The position numbers and the translations under genes were made by a program. Of a DNA stretch of 64,000 bases, positions 11,440-22,681 are shown in pieces; the stretch's first letter is position 1, and each line of letters begins with the position of its first letter. The stretch comes from Synechococcales cyanobacterium VAR_4_metabat_354 (GTDB lineage Bacteria > Cyanobacteriota > Cyanobacteriia > Cyanobacteriales > Chamaesiphonaceae), in contig JANOQI010000042.1 in NCBI GenBank assembly GCA_031414775.1, positions 1-64,000 on the forward strand, in the 5' to 3' direction. The notes beneath the pieces are model-generated. The model was not told the DNA's origin and made no database searches. It saw nothing but the letters and a program-made list of their open reading frames with translations.

Positions 11440-11781
11440 ATGACCTCTTTAAATCTTTCTACTTCCTGCTGTCCGCCTTTACTCACAGGCAATTTAACTG
11501 CTTCAGAAGCGTCAACAGTAGCTGCTTTATTTAGAGTATTAGGCGAACCAGCTCGACTGCAATTGCTTAGTTTAATTGCTGTCCAGCCCAGTGGAGAAGT
11601 TTGTGCTTGCGAGCTGGTGGAATCTTTAGGACTGGCACAGCCAACAGTCAGTCATCACCTTAAGGTCATGTATGAAGCAGGTTTGTTAGCCAAGGAGCGA
11701 AGAGGGACGTGGATATATTACCGAATTGTCCAAGAGCAATTCGTATTTCTACAAAAGATTCTGGCAACCGCTACTGTATAG
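11440..11781 (+). CDS. arsR: ArsR/SmtB-family transcriptional repressor
   Basis: EVCACEL and QPTVSHHLKVM wHTH; N-terminal CC pair; divergent from aquaporin-arsC. Confidence 0.9.
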   Translation: MTSLNLSTSCCPPLLTGNLTASEASTVAALFRVLGEPARLQLLSLIAVQPSGEVCACELVESLGLAQPTVSHHLKVMYEAGLLAKERRGTWIYYRIVQEQFVFLQKILATATV

Positions 11782-11890
11782 ATCTCCGGCTATTCTGGAT
11801 GGCTAAAGTCACCAAGAAGCGGAGCCACTTTTGCGGACAAATCGCGCAATGCCTTCACCCTGAGCGAACGGAATGGAGATTAGTACCAAC

Positions 11891-11926
11891 AAGAAAGGAG
11901 AAGACAATTTTGTCTTCTCCTTTCTT
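11891..11926. terminator. Terminator after rbcS, possibly shared with arsR
   Basis: Perfect inverted repeat AAGAAAGGAGAAGACAA / TTGTCTTCTCCTTTCTT. Confidence 0.8.
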
Positions 11927-11959
11927 TAATTCATCACTTAAATTATTCTCAACCCAAAA

Positions 11960-12289
11960 CTAACGAGAGTTGGGTTTGTGAACGATAAAGCTCAGAACTT
12001 GACACTGCTTGATGTTGTCGAAACCAACAACCCGCACATAACAGCTGCTATATTCGGAACGGCAAGAACGGACTTCGTTCAAAACGTCTGAAGTAGAAGT
12101 TGCGTTGAACAAAGGTAACTTCCACAGAGTCCAGTAGTGTTGAGTAGGCTCAGATTCTTCGCTGAACTCTACACCAGGAATATAGCCTTGATCCAAGATG
12201 TACTGAACCTGTCTAACAATCTGATCGTCAGACAAAGGAGGAAGATAGGAAAACGTCTCAAAGCGACGCATTTTAGGTAAAGTTTGCAT
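11960..12289 (-). CDS. rbcS: RuBisCO small subunit
   Basis: [30 protein letters not shown]. Confidence 0.99.
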   Translation of the reverse strand: MQTLPKMRRFETFSYLPPLSDDQIVRQVQYILDQGYIPGVEFSEESEPTQHYWTLWKLPLFNATSTSDVLNEVRSCRSEYSSCYVRVVGFDNIKQCQVLSFIVHKPNSR

Positions 12290-12345
12290 ATTGCCTGCTT
12301 TATTGAATCTTTAAAAGAGATAACTACAGAAATAGAATTGCTAAC

Positions 12346-12720
12346 TCAAAGGCTAGCCTGGGACTCGTCAGGATGGGAAGGCAACTGCGATAGCTTTTCT
12401 AACTGCTGCCGACGATGTTCGGTGTTTTGATGAGCAATCCGATGACGTACCATCTCTGGCAATTCATCCAATACTTCTTCCGCAATGTGTTCGCGCACCG
12501 TCATGATGCGTAGGGCTAATTCCTGATTTACAGCCATCAAAGACTGTAAATATAATTCACCGTTTTGCAACACACTTTGAGCAGAGAAACTGTTCAACCA
12601 CTTGGCTAGTGGAGGATTAGTTTCGCTCAGTTGATTCAAAACCGTTCGCATCGCTTGATAGGTTAGATAACTAGTCAGCACGGTGGCTGAACTATTTGCA
12701 ACTGCTTTGATATCCATCAA
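12346..12720 (-). CDS. rbcX: RuBisCO assembly chaperone RbcX
   Basis: SYLTYQAMRTVLNQLSETNP, LALRIMTVREHIAE; between rbcL and rbcS. Confidence 0.97.
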   Translation of the reverse strand: MMDIKAVANSSATVLTSYLTYQAMRTVLNQLSETNPPLAKWLNSFSAQSVLQNGELYLQSLMAVNQELALRIMTVREHIAEEVLDELPEMVRHRIAHQNTEHRRQQLEKLSQLPSHPDESQASL

Positions 12721-12804
12721 TCTCTCAGTTTCAGATTGGGTCTAGTCTAAGTCATTACTCTGGGTAAATCCTGCAACATCAACCACAATCTTACTAGTAG
12801 GAGC

Positions 12805-14235
12805 TTACAGAGTATCCATTGCTTCAAATTCGAACTTGATTTCTTTCCAAAGTTCGAGAGCAACAGCCAGTTCAGGAGACCATTTACCGGCTTCCCGCAA
12901 GACATCGCCGCCTTCACGCATGAGGTCACGACCTTCGTTCCGGGCCTGAATACAAGCTTCAAGGGCAACGCGGTTAGCCATGGCACCAGGAGCATTACCC
13001 CAAGGGTGTCCAGCAGTACCACCACCAAATTGTAAGCAAGAGTCGTCGCCGAAGATTTCAACTAGGGCTGGCATGTGCCAAACGTGGATACCACCAGAAG
13101 CAACTGGCATGACACCAGGCATGGAAGCCCAATCTTGAGTGAAGAAAATACCGCGTGAGCGATCTTCTTCGATGTAGTTTTCGCGCATCAGGTCTACAAA
13201 ACCCATAGTGATGCCTTTTTCGCCTTCGAGTTTACCTACAACTGTACCGGAGTGTAAGTGGTCACCACCAGACATCCGTAAGCACTTCGCCAAAACGCGG
13301 AAGTGAATACCGTGATTCTTTTGCCGATCGATTACGGCGTGCATGGCGCGGTGAATGTGTAGCAAAATACCATTAGCTTGACACCACTTCGCCAAGGAAG
13401 TGTTGGCGGTAAAACCACCAGTCAAGAAGTCATGCATGATGATAGGAGTGCCGATTTCTTTCGCAAATTCAGCGCGTTCCATCATTTGTTCGTTGGTAGG
13501 CGCAGTCACGTTTAGATAGTGACCCTTAATTTCGCCGGTTTCAGCTTGCGATTTTTCGATCGCTTCTTGAACGAACAAAAATCTGTCTCTCCAGCGCATG
13601 AAGGGCTGAGAGTTGATGTTTTCATCATCTTTCGTGAAGTCTAGACCGCCGCGCAGTACTTCATAAACTGCCCGACCGTAGTTTTTTGCCGATAGACCTA
13701 GTTTGGGTTTGATAGTACAACCCAACAATGGACGACCGTACTTGTTCAATTTGTCGCGCTCAACGGTAATACCGTGAGGAGGACCTTGAAAAGTCTTGAG
13801 GTAAGCAACAGAGATACGAATATCTTCTAGTCGCAAAGCTCGCAGTGCTTTAAAACCGAATACGTTACCAACCAAAGAGGTTAACAAGTTGGTAACAGAG
13901 CCTTCTTCAAACAGATCCAAAGGATAGGCTATGAAACAGAAATACTGATTATCTTCACCAGCAACTGGCTCGATATGATAACAACGACCTTTATAGCGAT
14001 CGAGGTCAGTTAAAAGGTCAGTCCAGACAGTGGTCCAAGTACCAGTAGAAGACTCAGCTGCTACTGCGGCGCCAGCTTCCTCAGGCGGAACGCCGGGCTG
14101 AGGAGTCATGCGGAAACAAGCCAATATGTCAGTATCTTTAGGAGTATATTCTGGCGTGTAATAAGTTAATCGATAATCTTGAACACCAGCCTTGTACCCA
14201 GTTTTAGCCTGGGTTTGGGTTTGGGTATAACTCAT
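12805..14235 (-). CDS. rbcL: RuBisCO large subunit, form IB
   Basis: [25 protein letters not shown]. Confidence 0.99.
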   Translation of the reverse strand: MSYTQTQTQAKTGYKAGVQDYRLTYYTPEYTPKDTDILACFRMTPQPGVPPEEAGAAVAAESSTGTWTTVWTDLLTDLDRYKGRCYHIEPVAGEDNQYFCFIAYPLDLFEEGSVTNLLTSLVGNVFGFKALRALRLEDIRISVAYLKTFQGPPHGITVERDKLNKYGRPLLGCTIKPKLGLSAKNYGRAVYEVLRGGLDFTKDDENINSQPFMRWRDRFLFVQEAIEKSQAETGEIKGHYLNVTAPTNEQMMERAEFAKEIGTPIIMHDFLTGGFTANTSLAKWCQANGILLHIHRAMHAVIDRQKNHGIHFRVLAKCLRMSGGDHLHSGTVVGKLEGEKGITMGFVDLMRENYIEEDRSRGIFFTQDWASMPGVMPVASGGIHVWHMPALVEIFGDDSCLQFGGGTAGHPWGNAPGAMANRVALEACIQARNEGRDLMREGGDVLREAGKWSPELAVALELWKEIKFEFEAMDTL

Positions 14236-14334
14236 TTATTATTCCTACCTTCAGGAAATTAGTTAGCATTTCATACAAGTACCTACTATATCAGCGTCCG
14301 TATTAGTTTAGATTTTAATATTTTTGGGTAATTG

Positions 14335-14349
14335 ATAAGATTTAATTAT
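14335..14349. promoter_or_regulatory. Possible LysR-type (RbcR/CmpR-like) operator upstream of rbcL
   Basis: ATAAG-N5-ATTAT, a T-N11-A imperfect palindrome 100 nt upstream of rbcL; AT-rich context lowers specificity. Confidence 0.3.
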
Positions 14350-14722
14350 ATTTTCACTACCTATAGTTGTGAATTGCTAAATAGTATTAATGGGAAGAGG
14401 ATCGATCGCCACTTTCAGGTTAAACCGGTTAAAACCAGAAAGTCTCATCTGCTACGATCACTGTTCTTGTCAAATATTGTGAAGAATTATGTAAGCACTA
14501 GTATCTTTTTGTGTATTTCACGGCTGCAATCCACTACTGGCAAAGGTTTTTTGTTAAAACCACAACATGGAGTTACGTTAACAATCATCTGCCCGGCCTT
14601 GTTTTTCCATAGTTATGACGCTTAGAATTCCCAGAGTAAGTAGAATTACTTGCTCACAAGATATTTAACAATCCGTAACACTCAGTCCACTCATTTCAAC
14701 CACTGTTAAGGAGTCGCTCCGC

Positions 14723-17700
14723 ATGTTCACCAACGTTAAGTCCACTATTAGACACATTGCTCCCGCCGACCTGCGTGGCCGGAAGCTGTTGAAGGTGGTC
14801 TATGTTGTACTGGAGCCACAGTACCAAAGTGCCTTGTCTACTGCGGTTAAATCGATTAACGATCACCACCCCCAGATTGCGATCGAGATCAGCGGCTATT
14901 TACTCGAAGAACTGCGCGACCCCGAAAACTATGCGGCGCTGCAAACCGACCTATCTACTACCAACATTTTCATCGCTTCACTGATCTTTATTGAAGATTT
15001 AGCCGAAAAATTAGTAGCAGCAGTCGAACCGTATCGCGACAACATGGATGTGGCGGTGGTTTTCCCTTCGATGCCGCAAGTCATGCGTCTGAACAAAATG
15101 GGTAGCTTCTCCTTGGCGCAATTGGGACAGTCCAAAAGTGCGATTGGCGAGTTCATGAAAAAGCGCAAGGCCAAACAAGGCAGTAGCTTCCAAGATGGCA
15201 TGTTGAAATTGGTACAAACGCTGCCCAAGGTCTTGAAATTCTTGCCAATGGAAAAGGCTCAGGATGCCCGCAACTTCATGCTCAGTATTCAGTACTGGCT
15301 GGGTGGCACCCCCGAGAATCTAGAAAATTTCTTGCTGATGCTTTCAGATAAGTATGTTTTTACTAACGAAAACAAGTCCGAAAATACTTATCAAGAGCCA
15401 GTTACTTTCCCCGATATGGGCATTTGGCATCCTCTAGCGCCACAAATGTTTGAGGATGTGAAGGAATATTTGAACTGGTACACCAGTCGCCGCGATCTAT
15501 CGGATGAACAACGTGCTCCCCAGTCACCCACGATCGGACTAGTTCTACAGCGCACCCACATTGTGACCGGCGATGATGCTCACTATGTGGCGATTATCCA
15601 AGAATTTGAAGCGATGGGTGCTAAGGTGGTGCCGATTTTCGCCGGTGGTTTGGATTTCTCCAAGCCCTTAGAAGCGTTCTTCTTTGACTCGGTGAGTAAA
15701 GACAGTGCGATCGTCGATGCCGTGGTTTCCTTAACTGGTTTTGCCCTGGTTGGCGGTCCTGCTCGTCAGGATCATCCTAAAGCGATCGATGCCCTCAAGC
15801 GACTAAATCGTCCTTATATGGTGGCATTACCACTGGTCTTCCAAACTACCGAAGAATGGCAAGAAAGCGACTTAGGTCTGCACCCTATTCAAGTAGCACT
15901 ACAAATTGCCATACCTGAACTAGATGGGGCGATCGAACCAATTATTCTCTCTGGTCGGGATGGTAATACCGGGAAGGCGATCGCTCTCCAAGATCGAGTA
16001 GAAGTCATTGCCCAACGCGCCATGAAGTGGGCGAGTCTGCGGATCAAACCCAAGCATGACAAGAAAGTGGCGATCACGGTTTTCAGCTTCCCACCCGATA
16101 AAGGCAACGTCGGCACCGCCGCCTACCTGGATGTTTTTGGTTCCATCTACGAAGTTCTGAAAGGTCTGAAGGAAGACGGCTACGATTTACCAGAGCTACC
16201 TGCTTCCGGCCAAGAGCTACTCGAACAAGTCATTCACGATGTTCAAGCCCAGTACAACAGCCCGGAGCTGAACGTGGCCTACCGGATGTCGGTGGAAGAG
16301 TATCAAGACCTGACCCCTTACTCCGTGCGATTAGAAGAGAACTGGGGGCCACCACCCGGCAACTTGAATAGTGATGGTCAGAGCTTACTGATTTTTGGGA
16401 AGCACTACGGTAATGTGTTCATTGGTATTCAGCCCACCTTTGGTTACGAAGGCGACCCTATGCGGCTACTGTTCTCGCGCTCGGCTAGCCCCCATCACGG
16501 TTTTGCGGCCTACTACACCTATCTCGAAAAAGTTTGGGGCGCAGATGCTGTATTACACTTCGGTACCCACGGTTCCTTAGAATTCATGCCCGGTAAGCAG
16601 GTCGGTATGTCTGGCGATTGCTTCCCCGATAACTTAATCGGCAGTATTCCCAACATGTACTATTACGCCGCCAACAATCCTAGCGAAGCTACCATCGCTA
16701 AACGCCGGGGCTACGCGGAAACCATTTCTTATCTCACCCCACCCGCCGAAAACGCTGGCCTCTATCGTGGTTTGCAAGAGCTGGGTGAGTTAGTTGGTTC
16801 CTACCAATCACTGCGCGATAGCAATCGTGGTATCCAGATCGTCGATACGATCATGGATAAAGCGCGGATTTGCAACCTGGACAAAGACGTAGCACTTCCT
16901 GATATTAATGCGATCGATATGTCGATCGAGGAGCGCGACTTAATTGTTGGTTCGATCTACAGTAGCTTGATGGAAATCGAGTCTCGCTTACTGCCTTGCG
17001 GCTTGCATGTGATTGGTAAACCACCCACCGCCGAAGAAGCGATCGCTACTTTGGTGAATATTGCTAGTCTCGATCGAGAAGAAGAAGGCATTAAGGGCTT
17101 GCCCCGAATCATTACCGAGAGCTTGGGCAAAGACCTAGAGCAACTTTATCAAGATAACGACCGGGGAGTACTCGATCAAGTTCAACTCCTGCAAGATATT
17201 ACTCAAGCAGTGCGTCAAGCTGTTGGAGCAATTTTGATCGATCGAGAAGATGCTGAAGGCCGGGTTTCGTTCATGTCAAAGCTAAATATCTTTGGCGGTA
17301 ACAAGCAAGAACCGTGGGTCACAGTCTTACAGGAAGCTGGCTATGGCAAAGTGAACTTGGAAGAAGTCAAACCATTGTTTGAGTATCTAGAGTTCTGCCT
17401 CAAGCAGGTCTGTGCTGATAATGAATTAGGTGGATTGCTTCAGGGTCTAAACGGTGAATATATTCTGCCAGGACCAGGCGGTGACCCCATTCGTAACCCC
17501 GATGTCTTACCCACAGGTAAAAATATTCATGCCTTAGATCCGCAATCGATCCCGACGGAGGCCGCAGTTAAATCAGCCAAGGTAGTGGTCGATCGATTAC
17601 TAACTAAGCAGATGCAAGATAACAATGGCGCTTATCCTGAAACCATTGCTTGCGTATTGTGGGGTACCGATAACATCAAAACCTACGGTGAATCGTTAGC

Positions 17701-18703
17701 CCAAATCATGTGGATGGTCGGGGTGAAGCCCGTGCCAGATGCTCTGGGTCGGGTAAACAAACTAGTTCTACTTTCCCTAGAAGAGCTAGGTCGGCCTCGG
17801 ATTGATGTAGTGGTAAATTGCTCTGGTGTTTTCCGCGATTTGTTTGTGAATCAGATGAATCTGTTGGACCAAGCTGTGAAAATGGCCGCCGAAGCAGACG
17901 AGCCGCTGGAGATGAACTTCATCCGCAAGCACGCCTTAGCTCAAGCTGAAGAAATGGGGATTAACCTGCGCCAAGCCGCGACCAGAATCTTCTCTAATGC
18001 CTCTGGCTCCTACTCTTCCAATATCAATTTGGCGGTAGAAAATGGCACTTGGGATAACGAAGCGGAGCTACAGGAAATGTATCTTACTCGTAAATCCTTT
18101 GCCTTTAGTGCTGATAATCCGGGCACGATGGAGCAGTCTCGTAAGATTTTCGAGACATCTCTGAAGACAGCGGAAGTGACTTTCCAGAACTTAGACTCCT
18201 CAGAAATCAGCATGACGGATGTTTCCCACTACTATGATTCTGACCCGACAAAAGTAGTGGCCGGTTTGCGAGATGATGGAAAGATGCCGACAGCGTTTAT
18301 GGCTGATACCACTACAGCGAATGCTCAAATTCGGACTCTATCGGAAACTGTACGGCTGGATGCTCGGACAAAGCTGCTCAATCCTAAGTGGTATGAGGGA
18401 ATGCTCAGCCATGGTTATGAAGGGGTGCGGGAGCTATCCAAGCGCTTGGTAAATACTTCAGGCTGGAGTGCGACGGCGGATGCGGTGGATAATTGGGTCT
18501 ATGAGGATACCAACACGACTTTCATTAAGGATAAGGAGATGTGTAAGCGGCTGATGGACTTGAATCCGAACTCGTTCCGCAAGATCGTTTCGACGCTCTT
18601 GGAGGTTAATGGTCGTGGTTATTGGGAGACTTCTGATGAGAATCTCGATAAGTTGCGCGAGTTGTATCAAGAGGTGGAAGATCGAATTGAGGGTGTTGAG
18701 TAA
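14723..18703 (+). CDS. chlH: Magnesium chelatase subunit H
   Basis: 1326 aa; [28 protein letters not shown]-terminus [10 protein letters not shown]. Confidence 0.99.
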   Translation: MFTNVKSTIRHIAPADLRGRKLLKVVYVVLEPQYQSALSTAVKSINDHHPQIAIEISGYLLEELRDPENYAALQTDLSTTNIFIASLIFIEDLAEKLVAAVEPYRDNMDVAVVFPSMPQVMRLNKMGSFSLAQLGQSKSAIGEFMKKRKAKQGSSFQDGMLKLVQTLPKVLKFLPMEKAQDARNFMLSIQYWLGGTPENLENFLLMLSDKYVFTNENKSENTYQEPVTFPDMGIWHPLAPQMFEDVKEYLNWYTSRRDLSDEQRAPQSPTIGLVLQRTHIVTGDDAHYVAIIQEFEAMGAKVVPIFAGGLDFSKPLEAFFFDSVSKDSAIVDAVVSLTGFALVGGPARQDHPKAIDALKRLNRPYMVALPLVFQTTEEWQESDLGLHPIQVALQIAIPELDGAIEPIILSGRDGNTGKAIALQDRVEVIAQRAMKWASLRIKPKHDKKVAITVFSFPPDKGNVGTAAYLDVFGSIYEVLKGLKEDGYDLPELPASGQELLEQVIHDVQAQYNSPELNVAYRMSVEEYQDLTPYSVRLEENWGPPPGNLNSDGQSLLIFGKHYGNVFIGIQPTFGYEGDPMRLLFSRSASPHHGFAAYYTYLEKVWGADAVLHFGTHGSLEFMPGKQVGMSGDCFPDNLIGSIPNMYYYAANNPSEATIAKRRGYAETISYLTPPAENAGLYRGLQELGELVGSYQSLRDSNRGIQIVDTIMDKARICNLDKDVALPDINAIDMSIEERDLIVGSIYSSLMEIESRLLPCGLHVIGKPPTAEEAIATLVNIASLDREEEGIKGLPRIITESLGKDLEQLYQDNDRGVLDQVQLLQDITQAVRQAVGAILIDREDAEGRVSFMSKLNIFGGNKQEPWVTVLQEAGYGKVNLEEVKPLFEYLEFCLKQVCADNELGGLLQGLNGEYILPGPGGDPIRNPDVLPTGKNIHALDPQSIPTEAAVKSAKVVVDRLLTKQMQDNNGAYPETIACVLWGTDNIKTYGESLAQIMWMVGVKPVPDALGRVNKLVLLSLEELGRPRIDVVVNCSGVFRDLFVNQMNLLDQAVKMAAEADEPLEMNFIRKHALAQAEEMGINLRQAATRIFSNASGSYSSNINLAVENGTWDNEAELQEMYLTRKSFAFSADNPGTMEQSRKIFETSLKTAEVTFQNLDSSEISMTDVSHYYDSDPTKVVAGLRDDGKMPTAFMADTTTANAQIRTLSETVRLDARTKLLNPKWYEGMLSHGYEGVRELSKRLVNTSGWSATADAVDNWVYEDTNTTFIKDKEMCKRLMDLNPNSFRKIVSTLLEVNGRGYWETSDENLDKLRELYQEVEDRIEGVE

Positions 18704-18722
18704 GTAAACGATTGTATTCTAT

Positions 18723-18753
18723 AAAACCCTGTGGCTAATCACTATAGGGTTTT
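18723..18753 (+). terminator. chlH terminator
   Basis: AAAACCCTGTGG ... CTATAGGGTTTT hairpin. Confidence 0.7.
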
Positions 18754-18876
18754 ATTATGGATGAAAACATCATGTTATTCTCTCAACTCATAATTTTATA
18801 CTACTAAAGTGTAGCAATATTTTTACATTACTTTAAGCTGAGTAATGATTACTTGTAAATCATTCGACCTAAACTT

Positions 18877-19128
18877 TTGCGAATGGTTCATCAGCTAGAG
18901 CAGGAAATTGCCTCACTCCCCATTGAGGATAAATTATGGTTCATATCAATCGATCAACAGATTAGAGCAGTTGCACTCGGCAAATCTCCCAGTGAAATTG
19001 AGGTTGAGTTAACTGAGATGGCAAATGAGCCAGACATTCAGAGAAAGCTAGCCACGATCAAACTAGAGTTTGAAGCCGCAAATGCTTACCCATCCAGGAT
19101 GGTGAATCCTTATGCTAGTCTGGGATAG
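18877..19128 (+). CDS. Small antitoxin-like hypothetical protein, possibly degenerate
   Basis: LEQEIASLPIEDKLWFI and EMANEPDIQ resemble small cyanobacterial TA-associated proteins; the C-terminus looks divergent. Confidence 0.4.
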   Translation: MRMVHQLEQEIASLPIEDKLWFISIDQQIRAVALGKSPSEIEVELTEMANEPDIQRKLATIKLEFEAANAYPSRMVNPYASLG

Positions 19129-19145
19129 TAGAGAAAGGAGAAGGT

Positions 19146-19448
19146 ATGATTACTAGAGAACTTCGCCAAAAGCTTCTGACTTTATCGCCAGAAGAAAAAA
19201 CCGAGATTAGGCAACTATTGGATGGAATTAATAAAAGCCCCCAAGTTGTGGGCGGCAATGCTCGCATTAGAAATACACGAATTCCAGTTTGGAGCTTATT
19301 TCAATCTCGTCAGATGGGAACTAGCGATTTAGAAATACTGGAAGCACATCCCGAACTAACGCCAGCCGATCTTACTAATGCTTGGTTTTACGCTGAAACC
19401 TTTCCCCATGAAATTGAGAGTGCGATCGCTGCTAATGAGGCAGACTAG
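19146..19448 (+). CDS. DUF433 domain protein (VapB45-like antitoxin)
   Basis: PQVVGGNARIRNTRIPVW...EILEAHPELT; AGGAG SD. Confidence 0.88.
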   Translation: MITRELRQKLLTLSPEEKTEIRQLLDGINKSPQVVGGNARIRNTRIPVWSLFQSRQMGTSDLEILEAHPELTPADLTNAWFYAETFPHEIESAIAANEAD

Positions 19449-19799
19449 GTGGTGAGACTGTATGCAGATGAAAACTTTGAACTCCCAGTCATCATCAGAC
19501 TTAGAGTGAAAGGATATGACATCTTAACTGCTATGGAAGCTGGTAATGCCAACCAGGGAATTCCTGATGAAGACGTATTAGAATTTGCGATTCGAGAAAA
19601 TAGGGCAGTCATTACTCTGAATTATAATGATTTTAAAAATCTTCATAAATACTATCCTGATCATAGTGGCATAGTGATTTGTACTAGCACCCGGCGCAAA
19701 GACGATCGAGATAGCTTTGCTGATCGAATTGACCTGGCACTAAGGGATCAAGAATCTTTAGAGGGCAAGTTGATTCGTGTAAATCTCCCCCATAAATAA
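19449..19799 (+). CDS. DUF5615 PIN-like protein (VapC45-like toxin)
   Basis: LYADEN, GIPDEDVL and VITLNYNDF acidic PIN residues; abuts the DUF433 gene. Confidence 0.85.
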   Translation: MVRLYADENFELPVIIRLRVKGYDILTAMEAGNANQGIPDEDVLEFAIRENRAVITLNYNDFKNLHKYYPDHSGIVICTSTRRKDDRDSFADRIDLALRDQESLEGKLIRVNLPHK

Positions 19800-20291
19800 T
19801 AGTACTTAGCTAGTTATATTTTTTGAATCGATCGCTAGGTATATTTGCAGCGAAGCTACCCAAGTTTGCTAGAATAAAATTTAATATTCTATTTATATTT
19901 TAAACTAAAGATGTTCAAATACCGTCCAAAGCTATTGGACTACAGTAGTTGATTGCCTTTCAATCTTCTATGTCTGCTCCAAATCTATATCTATTCAAAC
20001 CTATATATTTACTAAATAAAAATCAATGTGTACGTCATTGATTAAGGTTTTGGACACCACAGCTTTAAGCTCCAATCCATCATCTTTGTAGAATTTGCTT
20101 CTGTTCATAGCAGCAGCATCAAGATCTATTTATTGCACATCTAAAAACAATTCGGTAAGCAAAGGCAAGGTTTTGATAGCCTTGTCAACTTCCCATATGA
20201 ACTCTCCATCTGCTGATCCAGACAATTGTTTAGCAGCAACAAATATATTTTTTATTCTTTAAACTCCTGAGAAAACTCAGTAGCCAATTTA

Positions 20292-20819
20292 ATGATGATG
20301 CTACCGATGGTTAAATATCTGTCTATTTTCGTAGACGGAAACAATATGTTTTATGCCCAACAAAAAAATGGCTGGTTCTTCGACCCCCGCAGAGTCTTAG
20401 AACATTTCACTAAAGATCTAGATGTCAATTTAATCAATGCTTTTTGGTATACTGGGCTGAAAGACCCTCAAGATCAACGAGGCTTCCGCGATGCTCTTAT
20501 TAGTTTGGGCTACACGGTACGCACTAAGATTCTCAAGGAGTACTACGACGATACCTCCGGGCGTTACTCCCAAAAAGCTAACCTCGATATTGAGATCGTA
20601 GTAGACATGTTTAATACGGTAGACCAATACAATCGTGTTATATTATTTAGTGGTGATGGTGATTTTGAACGAGCGATCGAACTCCTTCGTTCCAAGAATA
20701 CGCACATCACAGTGGTCTCGACAGAGGGGATGATCGCCCGTGAACTTCGCAATGTTACCGATCGGTACATAGACCTAAATGATATCCGTGATCAGATTGA
20801 GAAAATTGATGCAGTGTAA
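20292..20819 (+). CDS. labA: LabA-like NYN domain protein
   Basis: IFVDGNNMFY, QKANLDIEIVVDM, SGDGDF. Confidence 0.85.
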   Translation: MMMLPMVKYLSIFVDGNNMFYAQQKNGWFFDPRRVLEHFTKDLDVNLINAFWYTGLKDPQDQRGFRDALISLGYTVRTKILKEYYDDTSGRYSQKANLDIEIVVDMFNTVDQYNRVILFSGDGDFERAIELLRSKNTHITVVSTEGMIARELRNVTDRYIDLNDIRDQIEKIDAV

Positions 20820-20853
20820 ACGTCAGCCAACTGGGCTGCTGCTCCTTATCTAG
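20809..20853 (+). CDS. Putative leu leader peptide MQCKRQPTGLLLLI
   Basis: ATG 20809 overlapping the labA 3' end; four consecutive Leu codons CTG CTG CTC CTT (20836-20847), then Ile and TAG; 178 nt upstream of leuA. Confidence 0.55.
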   Translation: MQCKRQPTGLLLLI

Positions 20854-20962
20854 GTGATAGAGGTCTAACTTTGATCGCGTAGCATCTCACACGTTGAGAA
20901 TCGCCCACCATCTATCACCACCAAATTTAGCCAGCCCCGGCATTTAGCGCCGTTGAAGCATT

Positions 20963-20998
20963 AGCGATCTCCTCATTGGTGGTCGCTTAGTTTTTGTT
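20963..20998 (+). terminator. Terminator-like hairpin in the leuA leader
   Basis: AGCGATC-T-CC tcatt GG-T-GGTCGCT followed by TAGTTTTTGTT. Confidence 0.6.
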
Positions 20999-21031
20999 AA
21001 TCTTACTGATTTTTTACCTTATCCCAACATC

Positions 21032-22633
21032 ATGACGCAATCAACTGACCGGATTTTGATTTTTGATACCACCTTGCGCGATGGCGAGCAGTCGCCCGGT
21101 GCCACTTTAAATGTGGAAGAAAAGCTGACGATCGCACGGCAACTGGCCAAACTGGGCGTCGATATTATTGAGGCTGGTTTTCCTTTTTCTAGTAAAGGAG
21201 ATTTTGAGGCTGTCCAAAAAATTGCTGATCAAGTGGGTACGCCCCACGGCCCCATTATTTGTGGTTTGGCCAGAGCTAGCGAAAAAGACATTAAGGCCGC
21301 TGCTGAAGCCTTAGCCCCGGCTGCTAATAAGAGAATTCATACTTTTTTAGCTACTTCTGATATCCATTTGGAATACAAACTGAAGAAAACTCGCGCTGAG
21401 GTCTTAAAGCTAGCTGGGGAGATGGTGGCCTATGCCAAAACGTTTATGGATGATGTGGAGTTTTCCCCGGAGGATGCTTGCCGCACTGATCCAGATTTTC
21501 TGTATGAGGTGTTAGAGCGCGTAATTGCGGCGGGGGCCACTACAGTTAATATTCCGGACACCGTAGGCTACACTACGCCCAGCGAGTTTGGGGCTTTGAT
21601 TAAAGGCATCAAAGACAATGTGCCGAATATCGATCGAGCAGTCATTTCGGTGCATGGTCACAACGATTTGGGGTTAGCTGTTGCCAACTTCTTGGAATGT
21701 GTGAAAAATGGTGCCAGACAATTGGAATGCACGATCAATGGCATCGGTGAACGAGCTGGCAATGCGGCCTTAGAAGAATTGGTGATGGCACTACATGTGC
21801 GGCGACAATACTTCAATCCCTTTGTCGGTAGACAAGTAAACTCCGAAGCACCATTAACCAATATCGACACTCGGCACATCTATAAAACCTCGCGAATAGT
21901 TTCTAGTTTGACCGGGATGTTGGTGCAACCCAATAAGGCGATTGTGGGAGCCAATGCTTTTGCCCATGAGTCTGGCATTCACCAAGATGGGGTCTTGAAA
22001 AACAAGCTGACTTACGAGATTATGGATGCTCAATCGATCGGACTGATTGATAACTCGATCGTGTTGGGCAAGTTGTCGGGGCGCAATGCTTTCCGCACCC
22101 GGTTGTTGGAGTTGGGGATGGAGCTATCTGAAAATGACTTGAATAAAGCTTTTTTGCGCTTTAAGGACGTGGCCGACAAGAAAAAAGACATTACTGATCG
22201 AGATTTGGAAGCGATCGTGAATGATGAGATTAAGCAAATTCCAGAGACGTTTGTACTGGAGCGGGTGCAGGTCTCTTGCGGTGACAACACCCAACCAACG
22301 GCAACGGTGACAGTGCGGATGCCGGATGGTCAGGAGCTTACGGATGCGGCGATCGGCACTGGGCCGGTGGATGCTATTTATAAGGCGATCAATCGGGTGG
22401 TGAATGTGCCCAATGAATTGATTGAGTTTTCGGTGCAGTCGGTGACGGCGGGGATTGACGCTTTGGGTGAGGTGACGATTCGGCTGCGATATCAGGATCG
22501 GACTTATTCGGGTTATGCGGCGAATACGGATATTGTGGTGGCGGCGGCGCAGGCTTATGTGAATGCGCTGAATCGGTTGTATACGGCAAGTCATAAGCTA
22601 GATGAGGCGGCGCAAACAGCGCAGATGGTCTGA
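21032..22633 (+). CDS. leuA: 2-isopropylmalate synthase
   Basis: [30 protein letters not shown]-terminal regulatory domain (GTGPVDA). Confidence 0.98.
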   Translation: MTQSTDRILIFDTTLRDGEQSPGATLNVEEKLTIARQLAKLGVDIIEAGFPFSSKGDFEAVQKIADQVGTPHGPIICGLARASEKDIKAAAEALAPAANKRIHTFLATSDIHLEYKLKKTRAEVLKLAGEMVAYAKTFMDDVEFSPEDACRTDPDFLYEVLERVIAAGATTVNIPDTVGYTTPSEFGALIKGIKDNVPNIDRAVISVHGHNDLGLAVANFLECVKNGARQLECTINGIGERAGNAALEELVMALHVRRQYFNPFVGRQVNSEAPLTNIDTRHIYKTSRIVSSLTGMLVQPNKAIVGANAFAHESGIHQDGVLKNKLTYEIMDAQSIGLIDNSIVLGKLSGRNAFRTRLLELGMELSENDLNKAFLRFKDVADKKKDITDRDLEAIVNDEIKQIPETFVLERVQVSCGDNTQPTATVTVRMPDGQELTDAAIGTGPVDAIYKAINRVVNVPNELIEFSVQSVTAGIDALGEVTIRLRYQDRTYSGYAANTDIVVAAAQAYVNALNRLYTASHKLDEAAQTAQMV

Positions 22634-22681
22634 TGAAAATGCTGTGGTTCTGATGGTATGAAGATAGTATAGAGAAAAATA

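Noticed and set aside
14332..14625. 97-aa ORF between rbcL and chlH
   Set aside because: TTG start, lies across a divergent AT-rich promoter region, non-protein-like composition
19800..20290. Possible decayed gene on the minus strand
   Set aside because: Only short stop-interrupted frames with no recognisable homology
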